In this document: one piece after another, positions 57,134 to 63,925 of the stretch
Numbering within the stretch: the first letter of the stretch is position 1
Layout: each line of letters begins with the position of its first letter
IMG/VR virus record: IMGVR_UViG_3300032270_000543
Location: 32,001-96,000 of that record
Reading direction: 5' to 3' (one strand)
Source of the DNA: a virus
Lineage: Duplodnaviria; Caudoviricetes
DNA length: 64,000 nucleotides
Program-made: the position numbers and the translations under genes
Notes under the pieces: generated by a model
What the model saw: only the letters and a program-made list of their open reading frames with translations
What the model was told of the DNA's origin: nothing
Databases searched by the model: none

Positions 57134-57169
57134 AAAAACTCCCGTGAAACTATTTATGTCTCACGGGAG
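57134..57169 (-). terminator. Terminator hairpin with a late-promoter-like CATAAATA in its loop
   Basis: CTCCCGTGAGAC-ATAAATA-GTTTCACGGGAG-TTTTT. Confidence 0.75.
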
Positions 57170-57195
57170 CGCGAAGCAGCGGTTAGCCGCAATAT

Positions 57196-57330
57196 TTACT
57201 TCTTTTGTCGGGTCTTGGGCTTGCGCCATGCACGATTGCACAGGCGATCCACCGCTGTGAACGACAGTGCAATCACAATGCCGCCCATGAAGAGTGCCAA
57301 CAGGTTTCCGAATGCGTTATCAATGTTCAT
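57196..57330 (-). CDS. Small membrane protein (44 aa)
   Basis: Manual translation: MNIDNAFGNLLALFMGGIVIALSFTAVDRLCNRAWRKPKTRQKK. Confidence 0.55.
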   Translation of the reverse strand: MNIDNAFGNLLALFMGGIVIALSFTAVDRLCNRAWRKPKTRQKK

Positions 57331-57589
57331 GCTTTTCTTCCTTCTTTATCAACCGCTTCCAATCGTTCAGAGATCGGTACGCGGATCTGAATAGAGCGAG
57401 GGTGAGAGGGGTGTATCCAATGCGACCGCTCTTGTCGCGCCGATACTTTTCAAGTCGCGGCAGGTCGCCGCATAAGTCATCAAAGGCTTTCGCCAGTTCC
57501 CGAAGGGCTTGTAACTCTTCCGCTTCCCGATCTCGCATGGCTTCACCTCCATATCGTACTCCGTGGTGTGTGCCGCGAGAGGGGATCAA
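57320..57589 (-). CDS. Hypothetical protein (start may be the internal MRDRE)
   Basis: ORF track; GGAGG precedes the internal Met. Confidence 0.55.
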   Translation of the reverse strand: MIPSRGTHHGVRYGGEAMRDREAEELQALRELAKAFDDLCGDLPRLEKYRRDKSGRIGYTPLTLALFRSAYRSLNDWKRLIKKEEKHEH

Positions 57590-57798
57590 CCCTGCGGCTT
57601 GGCAGAGAATCCAAACGGCTGCGCGGGGACAGCGACCGCAGGGCGATCAAGCCCCGCCACCGCGTTCTGCACAATCTTGTTGATCTGCTCGTTGAAGGTC
57701 ATGTTGTTCGCATGAGCCATCTTTGCGATCTTCAGGAACTGTGCGTCCCCAATGTTCATGTCAAGAGTGATCTGTGTGGTTTTCTTTGGCGTAGTCAT
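57586..57798 (-). CDS. Small RHH/HicB-like protein
   Basis: FLKIAKMAHANNMTFNEQINKIV. Confidence 0.55.
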   Translation of the reverse strand: MTTPKKTTQITLDMNIGDAQFLKIAKMAHANNMTFNEQINKIVQNAVAGLDRPAVAVPAQPFGFSAKPQG

Positions 57799-57801
57799 GG
57801 T

Positions 57802-58098
57802 TTAGTCTCCGATCTTCTTGCCCTTCAGTGCCAGCATTGCAATTTCACGCGCACAAGACGAAACAAGCAGTTCAGTGGGATCAACACCCCAATCCAACAC
57901 CGCTCGCTTCACCAACTTATTTAGGTCGGAATCGCGGTCAATTGTCTCACGGACTTCAGGAATGTTGTCCGCACCCATTTCAAGAATTCCGAAAGCCCAC
58001 AAGCCATCGCCCTCGTAATCAATGAAAGCCACCTGATCGTTTTGCGTGTTGTAGCCGCTGCTGTTGCTGTCGTAGGAGTTGTAGTTGTCGTAGTGCAT
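57802..58098 (-). CDS. Hypothetical protein
   Basis: ORF track; starts directly after a tRNA. Confidence 0.65.
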   Translation of the reverse strand: MHYDNYNSYDSNSSGYNTQNDQVAFIDYEGDGLWAFGILEMGADNIPEVRETIDRDSDLNKLVKRAVLDWGVDPTELLVSSCAREIAMLALKGKKIGD

Positions 58099-58112
58099 GG
58101 TAGTTTCGTAAA

Positions 58113-58183
58113 TAGGCGGTTCAGGTGTCGATCCTGAATGAACCTGGTATAAGCAGGTCTGCGAAGCCGTCCGCCCACCGCCC
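58113..58183 (-). tRNA. tRNA-Ile(UAU), atypical
   Basis: GGGCGGT/ACCGCCT-A acceptor; ACCTG-CT TAT AC-CAGGT anticodon arm; T-arm TCAGG-ATCGACA-CCTGA. Confidence 0.75.
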
Positions 58184-58193
58184 AGTGGATTAG

Positions 58194-58373
58194 TTAACGC
58201 TTGACCACAGAGATGAACAGCGTGAGTGTGAGCAGCACGGACGCAATAGCCGTAGCAGTCAGCATCACGGTGACAAGAATGCTCTCAATGTCATCGCGGG
58301 TGTAGCACGGAACTGGCGCAGTCTTCTTTGCGGTCTTGCTCTTCTTGGTGGTCTTTTCAATCTGAATCTTCAT
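58194..58373 (-). CDS. Small membrane protein
   Basis: Manual translation: MKIQIEKTTKKSKTAKK...SILVTVMLTATAIASVLLTLTLFISVVKR; GAGGA SD. Confidence 0.6.
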   Translation of the reverse strand: MKIQIEKTTKKSKTAKKTAPVPCYTRDDIESILVTVMLTATAIASVLLTLTLFISVVKR

Positions 58374-58627
58374 AGGGTTTCCTCTGTAATGGTGATTCGG
58401 TTCTTTTGATTGGTGACATGACCACTCGGAGTCTTCACGAAATAGTTGCTCCGCTGCCGATCATCGTCATGTCCCAAACGGTAGTTAATAGAGGAGACTC
58501 CACGGCTCTGGAGTTCCTGAAAGAGTTGAGGGGACTGAAGTGTTCCCACCACCATCTCGGAAATGGTGAGGGCATCTGCTTCACTCAAAGGCAGAGGGAT
58601 GTCGATGTGTAGCCGATACGCGCTCAT
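58370..58627 (-). CDS. Hypothetical protein
   Basis: AAGGAG SD before MSAYRLHID; YRLGHDDDRQRSNY. Confidence 0.7.
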   Translation of the reverse strand: MSAYRLHIDIPLPLSEADALTISEMVVGTLQSPQLFQELQSRGVSSINYRLGHDDDRQRSNYFVKTPSGHVTNQKNRITITEETL

Positions 58628-58649
58628 GCCTGACTCCTTTACGGTAGTA

Positions 58650-58677
58650 AGTATAGCATGACGGGGAGGGAATGCAA
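58650..58677 (-). promoter_or_regulatory. Sigma70-type early promoter
   Basis: TTGCAT-N16-TATACT. Confidence 0.75.
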
Positions 58678-58838
58678 TCCCTCGTATCGGTGTTCCTGTA
58701 TTTGATTTGGGGTGTCCCTGTGGTATACAGTTGTGTACTGGTGTATTCTTAATACATCTCATCTTCACACTGGACACAGATACTTATACGAGTGGAAAAT
58801 TCACCCGAATATAAAAGTCAATACTTCAGGAAAACGGA

Positions 58839-59012
58839 TTACTTTGAAAGTTTGTGCTTGTCAACGGCTGTCACGCTCTTGCGTAGCGCGTCCATGACTT
58901 GAGCCAATTCGCGCCACCCTATTTGGTCAAGAAGGTATTCCTCATACGAATGAACGGCAAGTGCTGCTGCGTTCAGGAGGTCTTCGTTGAGTTCCTTCTC
59001 GGACTTTTTCAT
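58839..59012 (-). CDS. Hypothetical protein
   Basis: GAGG SD; YEEYLLDQIGWRELAQVM. Confidence 0.6.
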   Translation of the reverse strand: MKKSEKELNEDLLNAAALAVHSYEEYLLDQIGWRELAQVMDALRKSVTAVDKHKLSK

Positions 59013-59016
59013 AGGC

Positions 59017-59337
59017 TTACCCTCGCTTGAAAAATAGCAGGAGTCGCGCAAACCAGTTTAGTTTGGTGTTCTCTGCCTGTGCCTTCTTTCGCTTCAACTC
59101 TGCTGCCTCTTCCATGATTTCGTATGTGAGAATGTTTTGAATCTGCTGGGGCATTACCATTGGCGTGGCGTCCGTGAACCGTGTCTTTGCGAACTGTAGC
59201 AGTTCGTAAATCTTTTGAGACTCTGCGAGTTTCCGCCACTCCTCCCCGCCGTCCACGGATTCGTATATTCCGTAGATGCCGTCTTCGCCGTCAATGCGAA
59301 CCAAGTCAATACCGATGATTTTTTCACTGTCAAGCAT
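59017..59337 (-). CDS. Hypothetical protein
   Basis: GGAGG SD; TAGATA late-like site upstream. Confidence 0.7.
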   Translation of the reverse strand: MLDSEKIIGIDLVRIDGEDGIYGIYESVDGGEEWRKLAESQKIYELLQFAKTRFTDATPMVMPQQIQNILTYEIMEEAAELKRKKAQAENTKLNWFARLLLFFKRG

Positions 59338-59361
59338 GACGAACCTCCAAAAGTATCTATG

Positions 59362-59388
59362 AAAAAAGCCGCCCCGTTGGGGGCGGCT
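59362..59388 (-). terminator. Intrinsic terminator
   Basis: AGCCGCCCC-CAAC-GGGGCGGCT-TTTTT. Confidence 0.85.
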
Positions 59389-59397
59389 GTGGGCGAT

Positions 59398-59535
59398 TCA
59401 ACTATTTTGGAGTTCGCGTTTGGCATCACGCCGCGCCTTGCGTGGGCAGCGCGACTTCTTGCCCCATGTCTTCGGGCGCAAGCGTTGCCCCTCGCGGAGC
59501 GCATCGTGTACGAACTTTCCTGCTCTGATGTTCAT
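59398..59535 (-). CDS. Small basic protein (45 aa)
   Basis: Manual translation: MNIRAGKFVHDALREGQRLRPKTWGKKSRCPRKARRDAKRELQNS; AGGAG SD, ATGA overlap. Confidence 0.6.
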   Translation of the reverse strand: MNIRAGKFVHDALREGQRLRPKTWGKKSRCPRKARRDAKRELQNS

Positions 59536-59858
59536 GGTGTCTCCTGTTCTCCGCTCCACGGCTTCCAACCGCCTTGGTCAATCAAATCGTTCCACACATC
59601 GCGCCCAAGAATGGTTCCCATGCTCGTTGGATTGCTTGCTTCCAACTTGATGGTGAAATGGGTAGTCCACACCAACCACTCCTTTGCCAACCCAAACGGG
59701 TGAAAGCAAATCACCACATCGGGATTGTGTGGAACTTCAGGCGTTTCTTCCCACGCAAAGGTGATGACTCCGATCCGCTCGTTTCGCAGGATTGCCCTGT
59801 AGCCCTTGGGGTGGGTGAAGTGTTCGCGGATGGTTCGGTGGCGGTGCAGTTCGGGCAT
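59532..59858 (-). CDS. Hypothetical protein
   Basis: AAGGAGG SD and TAATG coupling before MPELHRH. Confidence 0.65.
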   Translation of the reverse strand: MPELHRHRTIREHFTHPKGYRAILRNERIGVITFAWEETPEVPHNPDVVICFHPFGLAKEWLVWTTHFTIKLEASNPTSMGTILGRDVWNDLIDQGGWKPWSGEQETP

Positions 59859-60070
59859 TATTTGCCGTCCTCCTTTCGTGGCACAGGGACAATCGTCACC
59901 AGATCGTCGGGAGGTGCAGGAAGGTCGCGCACACCGCGTAGCACATCTTGACCGAGCAACAGCAAGCGACATTCCCGCCTCGCCTCGTCACGCTCACGCA
60001 ACGCATCAACGAGTTGATTGTTGAGGTTCCTGATCGTTTCGTTCAGGTACTCGCGCTCTTCTTCGCTCAC
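59858..60070 (-). CDS. ERDEARR-motif small protein, copy 2
   Basis: GTG start after AAGGAGG; VSEEEREYLNETIRNLNNQLVDALRERDEARR...KEDGK*. Confidence 0.65.
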   Translation of the reverse strand: MSEEEREYLNETIRNLNNQLVDALRERDEARRECRLLLLGQDVLRGVRDLPAPPDDLVTIVPVPRKEDGK

Positions 60071-60308
60071 TTGCCGTCCTCCTTGAAGCAGTCCCATCCT
60101 TTTGAGATCGCCACATCCAATGACGGGAAGGGTTTGAAGTCCCTCTCTCCGTCATTCCACACAGTTTCGTGATGATGTTCAACCTCCTTGCAATACATCC
60201 GCCTCGCCTCGTCGCGCTCACGCAACGCATCAACGAGTTGATTGTTGAGGTTCCTGATCGTTTCGTTCAGGTACTCGCGCTCTTCTTCGCTCACTTGCCG
60301 TCCTCCTT
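59975..60308. repeat. 110-bp direct repeat (59975-60084 and 60199-60308, one mismatch)
   Basis: ccgcctcgcctcgtc(a/g)cgctcacgcaacgcatcaacgagttg...ctcacttgccgtcctcctt. Confidence 0.95.
60067..60294 (-). CDS. ERDEARR-motif small protein, copy 1
   Basis: GTG start after AAGGAGG; same first 32 aa as copy 2; ends GWDCFKEDGK*. Confidence 0.65.
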   Translation of the reverse strand: MSEEEREYLNETIRNLNNQLVDALRERDEARRMYCKEVEHHHETVWNDGERDFKPFPSLDVAISKGWDCFKEDGK

Positions 60309-60413
60309 CTTCGTGCGTCTTGGAAACAGAACGCTTAACCCGATCCCTGCGAGGCAACACAGCATCGTCAGGACGATGCCGACAATCACTCCGATTCCGA
60401 AATCTTCGCTCAC
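60291..60413 (-). CDS. Small membrane protein (40 aa)
   Basis: Manual translation: VSEDFGIGVIVGIVLTMLCCLAGIGLSVLFPRRTKKEDGK*; GAGGAG SD, GTGA overlap. Confidence 0.6.
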   Translation of the reverse strand: MSEDFGIGVIVGIVLTMLCCLAGIGLSVLFPRRTKKEDGK

Positions 60414-60679
60414 TTGTCAGTCTCCTCGCAGGTGTCACAGGTGTCGTAGTCGGTGTCGTAAACGATTTCGCCGCAGCAGCGGCACGGGTTCGCGTTGTCA
60501 TCAGGCACAGGCGCGTCCTTGCCTGACACGATGCCGTAGCAACGGCGGCACAGGGTCGCGCTCTCGCCCACATTGGCGGAAGCCACATCACACGGCAGGG
60601 ACTCCACCACCATCCGCGCCTTGGCGTGGACGCGGCAACCGCAACTGTCACAGTGTTCGTAATTGCACATTTGAGTCAT
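60410..60679 (-). CDS. Cys-rich zinc-ribbon-like protein
   Basis: CDSC, CRRC, CRCC, CDTC; AAGGAG SD. Confidence 0.65.
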   Translation of the reverse strand: MTQMCNYEHCDSCGCRVHAKARMVVESLPCDVASANVGESATLCRRCYGIVSGKDAPVPDDNANPCRCCGEIVYDTDYDTCDTCEETDK

Positions 60680-60686
60680 TCTCCTT

Positions 60687-61457
60687 TTAAGCAAGCACCC
60701 AACCGTCAGCGAGGAGCGCGTTCCAAGTACTACGCGCTTCGTCCTTCGTGTAGATGTCATCCACATAGGACTGATCTTCGGAATCAAGAGCGATACGACC
60801 GTCTGCCGTGGTCTGCATCGTGATGATCAGCCCGTTCTTCACGAAAGTCCACACGGTGGGCTTGAACGGAGCCGCAGCAGGAGCAGCGGGAGCCGCCGCA
60901 CCGCCAAAGTCTTCGGTGAAGAAATACACGCCCGTAGCGGTGTGCGTGGGGTCGCTCTTCAGCACACCGTGGAACGAGAACACCCACTGCTTCTTTAGCA
61001 TTTCATCAAAGCGGTGCTGCGTGAGGTTGGTGGCATTGTAGTACCACCGCTTGTCATCGCTGCTCCACAGCGCACCCGCGCTCTTCGCAAAGTCCTTGTC
61101 CGCGAACGGCACGGCAAGGTACACGCGGAACGGGTACGCGAGGTTGATGTCCGCGACCGTCATGGCGTTCGGATTGAACACGGGAGCCTTGCGCTCACCG
61201 CGAATCATTTCGTACTGATTGAGCCAATTCACGGTGTCCGCAGTCAGGCGGTTCTGCGGCATCCACCACTTGATCGTGCCCTTGGACGCGGGGCAGAAAC
61301 GCGCACCGCGACCCTTGGCTTCGGAGCGGATAGCAGTGCTGCCCTTCTTGCGGAACGGAATGTCAATCCACAGACCGTAGGGAACTGCGGACGGATTCAG
61401 CGTGTACGGCTTGTAGGTCATGGGCGAACGGGTGGAGCGGTTCATGGTGGTGGTCAT
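60687..61457 (-). CDS. Protein with tandem DUF5710-like domains
   Basis: WIDIPF..EAKGRGARF...KWW and YLAVPFADKDFAKSAGALWSSDDKRWY. Confidence 0.7.
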   Translation of the reverse strand: MTTTMNRSTRSPMTYKPYTLNPSAVPYGLWIDIPFRKKGSTAIRSEAKGRGARFCPASKGTIKWWMPQNRLTADTVNWLNQYEMIRGERKAPVFNPNAMTVADINLAYPFRVYLAVPFADKDFAKSAGALWSSDDKRWYYNATNLTQHRFDEMLKKQWVFSFHGVLKSDPTHTATGVYFFTEDFGGAAAPAAPAAAPFKPTVWTFVKNGLIITMQTTADGRIALDSEDQSYVDDIYTKDEARSTWNALLADGWVLA

Positions 61458-61476
61458 TTGAGTAGTTTCCTCTATG

Positions 61477-61866
61477 TTAGGCAGCGCGGTTCTTTGCTGT
61501 CTTCTTCACGGGCTTCTTCGTGGTCTTCGGTGCAATGCCAAGGAACTTCTGCACCCACTTCACCCACTTCGTAGTATCCTCTTCGGGAAGACCGTTGTAG
61601 CAGTAGCGAGTCTTTCCCTTGGGGCTGACGAGAACCCAAGTATTTTCAGCGGCGTAGCAGTTGTCTACCGCATCGGTGAATTCAATCATGTACGCGCCCA
61701 CGGGCAGTTCCACGGTGTCGCCGTGGTCTGCTGCATCGCGCAGCATGGTGCGGAGTTCCTTGTCCTTGCGGACATCGTACAGGTACGGATTCACGCGCTG
61801 CTTCGGCTTCGCAGCAAGAGCGCGGGTGCGAACGGTTTCGGGGAGGTTGTTGAAGAGATTCTTCAT
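61477..61866 (-). CDS. Hypothetical protein, probably leaderless
   Basis: ATG 6 nt after TATAAT. Confidence 0.65.
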   Translation of the reverse strand: MKNLFNNLPETVRTRALAAKPKQRVNPYLYDVRKDKELRTMLRDAADHGDTVELPVGAYMIEFTDAVDNCYAAENTWVLVSPKGKTRYCYNGLPEEDTTKWVKWVQKFLGIAPKTTKKPVKKTAKNRAA

Positions 61867-61872
61867 GCCCCC

Positions 61873-61901
61873 ATTATAAGGGAACGGCAGGAGCGGCACA
61901 A
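61873..61901 (-). promoter_or_regulatory. Sigma70-type promoter
   Basis: TTGTGC-N17-TATAAT. Confidence 0.6.
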
Positions 61902-61988
61902 GAGGGTAGGCAAATATGGTCCGATAACTAAACACAAAAACCCCTGTAAAAACAGGGGTTCTGTGCAGGGTGCGAAATATGCAATATT

Positions 61989-62585
61989 TTAGGCTGATTC
62001 GTGCAGCATGGAGCCGCGCTGCACCGACAGCACGGACTCTTCACCGAATGATCGCCACTCGCCCTTTTCCAAATCAAAGGCTACGATCAGATGCGCTGCC
62101 TTCGTCTTGCCGCTGCCCTTCGGGTGCTTGTCCTCGGGGATCGCTTCCAAGTTACGAGTGCAGTGCATGACGCGCTCGGTGCCGTCCTTCTTCTTGAAGG
62201 TCACGGTAATGCTTTCGCCGTTCTTGAGGTATTGTTCGGTGATTTCTGCGAGATAGTTCTTGCGAGTGGTGGTCGTGGTGTCAGTCATGGGAGTCTCCTG
62301 CTTGGGGTTGAACACTTCGGGGTAACGCTCTTGGATGCTGTAGTCCATCGGGAAATGCTTGCACACGCGCCGCGCCCGTTGACGGATCTCCTTCGGTACT
62401 CGCGGAGTGGCGGACGGGTCAAGCAGGTCAAACAAAAATCTGCGGACGGCTTGTAGGCTTTGGACTTCTTCGTTTGGGAGGGTCATGCGCTCTTCCTTTT
62501 CGCTTTGGGCTAATCGCTCTAGTGTGCGCTTGTGCAGTGCATTCACGCGCCGCATGGCAGCAAACAGTTCGTCATCAGAAATCAT
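61989..62585 (-). CDS. In-frame chain of a short helix, a BPSL0761-like domain and a WYL_2/SH3-like domain
   Basis: MTLPNEE..RRFLFDLLDP..TPRVPKEIRQRARRVCKHFP; ITVTFKKKDGTERVMHCT..AFDLEKGEWRSF; SD-preceded internal ATGs at 62486 and 62288. Confidence 0.75.
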   Translation of the reverse strand: MISDDELFAAMRRVNALHKRTLERLAQSEKEERMTLPNEEVQSLQAVRRFLFDLLDPSATPRVPKEIRQRARRVCKHFPMDYSIQERYPEVFNPKQETPMTDTTTTTRKNYLAEITEQYLKNGESITVTFKKKDGTERVMHCTRNLEAIPEDKHPKGSGKTKAAHLIVAFDLEKGEWRSFGEESVLSVQRGSMLHESA

Positions 62586-63012
62586 GGTCTTCCACCTTGT
62601 ACGGCTCCATTACATCGGGATCGGCACAACGGGGACAGCGCGTGTACAGCCAATACCCACCGATGCGACCGTGCAGCGAACCAGGCGCACCACACGCTTC
62701 ACAGGTATTTGCGGTTTCGCGCTCGGCTTCCACGATCCACTGAAAAATCTGATCGTCTGCGCCGCACACATAGAACCGCAGCGTTCCGAACTTCTCCTTG
62801 ATCTGATCAATCTGAAATCCGTAATCGGGATCGCGGAATCCTGCGGCGTACTTTTCTGCAAGATGCGCTTCAATCTTTTGCAGCAGCCGCTCAATAATGC
62901 CGTTCCATCCGCTGCTGTGTTGAATGCCAAACCCCATGCAAGAGCCTGTGCGCTCAAAGCACAGTGGGAAACGGGTCTTCCAATTTTCGTATGTGGTGTC
63001 TTGATTGCTCAT
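62575..63012 (-). CDS. Conserved phage protein with C-terminal zinc ribbon
   Basis: GWNGII..QIKEKFGTLRFY..TCEACG..TRCPRC. Confidence 0.8.
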   Translation of the reverse strand: MSNQDTTYENWKTRFPLCFERTGSCMGFGIQHSSGWNGIIERLLQKIEAHLAEKYAAGFRDPDYGFQIDQIKEKFGTLRFYVCGADDQIFQWIVEAERETANTCEACGAPGSLHGRIGGYWLYTRCPRCADPDVMEPYKVEDHDF

Positions 63013-63015
63013 GGC

Positions 63016-63480
63016 TCATGCCTCCATTGCGTAGTTGTAGTTGGTGTATTCCGCGATGACAGGGGAAATTTTGTTTTCCGCCTTCATCTGCTTGACGATT
63101 CTGTCCAACACCGTGGTAAAGGTTTCCGTGTTGGTTTCCTGCGTTTCGTGCTTGACGGCAAAACGAAACGCGATTCCGTGTACCGTGATTCGGTAGGTGA
63201 GCGAAATCCAATTCTTTGGATCAACAGCAGTGTAGTCCCAATCAAGGCGTTCCTTCCAATGCCGCCGCGCCTCTTCCACCGTGAGGAGATCACACACAGA
63301 GTTCTCACTGATGCGCTGAAGCGAATCGGGGCGTGACCCGTCAAAGCCCACCACGATCACTTTGCCGTTCCACGGAAAGTAGCCAAACAGCCACGACCCA
63401 CCGTGGCGGGACAGGTAGTGCTGCTTCGGGAACGGGTCTTCCGTTCGTGCATTACGGGTACTGCGGTCTATCGGAGTCAT
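63016..63480 (-). CDS. Hypothetical protein, probably leaderless
   Basis: ATG 6 nt after TATACT. Confidence 0.65.
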   Translation of the reverse strand: MTPIDRSTRNARTEDPFPKQHYLSRHGGSWLFGYFPWNGKVIVVGFDGSRPDSLQRISENSVCDLLTVEEARRHWKERLDWDYTAVDPKNWISLTYRITVHGIAFRFAVKHETQETNTETFTTVLDRIVKQMKAENKISPVIAEYTNYNYAMEA

Positions 63481-63486
63481 GCACAA

Positions 63487-63514
63487 AGTATAGCACACCT
63501 AATATGTGAATCAA
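63487..63514 (-). promoter_or_regulatory. Sigma70-type early promoter
   Basis: TTGATT-N16-TATACT. Confidence 0.75.
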
Positions 63515-63607
63515 GCACCCGCAATATTTGTTTGTTATACTTCGGGAAAAGAAAGAGAGGGCATTTCTGCCCTCCCGTTCGTAATTAAGTGATTAAGTGT
63601 GATTTAA

Positions 63608-63775
63608 TCACTTCACAAGACTGGTGACGGCATTCTCAAGAGCGTGCCACACAAACATCGCACCCTTGATCGCAAACGGAAGAATTGCGAAAAAGGCAAC
63701 GAGGTGCAGGGGGTTCTTCCAGCAGAAGCAACCAGTAACGGGGCAAGTCTTGACCGTAGTGTTGTTAGTAGCCAT
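63608..63775 (-). CDS. Small membrane protein (55 aa)
   Basis: Manual translation: MATNNTTVKTCPVTGCFCWKNPLHLVAFFAILPFAIKGAMFVWHALENAVTSLVK; AAGGAG SD. Confidence 0.65.
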   Translation of the reverse strand: MATNNTTVKTCPVTGCFCWKNPLHLVAFFAILPFAIKGAMFVWHALENAVTSLVK

Positions 63776-63892
63776 ATCAACATCTCCTTTTCATAAGCCC
63801 CCTCGGAATTGAGGGGGGTGCTATATCTAGCCTTTCATATATTGGATCGGGAGTATGAAGTATTCGGATCGTATTCTTCACGGGTTATATTT

Positions 63893-63925
63893 AAAAGCGA
63901 AAGGGGAGCCTTGCGGCTCCCCTCT
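63893..63925 (-). terminator. Intrinsic terminator
   Basis: AGGGGAGCC-GCAA-GGCTCCCCT-TTCGCTTTT; same core as the tmRNA terminator. Confidence 0.75.

Noticed and set aside
59975-60308. Direct repeats as a CRISPR array or a DGR template/variable pair
   Set aside because: There are only two 110-bp coding copies with one mismatch, no repeat-spacer periodicity, and no cas or reverse transcriptase gene in the window.
60067-60651. Single 194-aa ORF
   Set aside because: It is better explained as SD-led, translationally coupled mini-genes in different frames.
62407-63336. 309-aa plus-strand ORF
   Set aside because: It is antisense to three minus-strand genes that have a promoter and conserved motifs.
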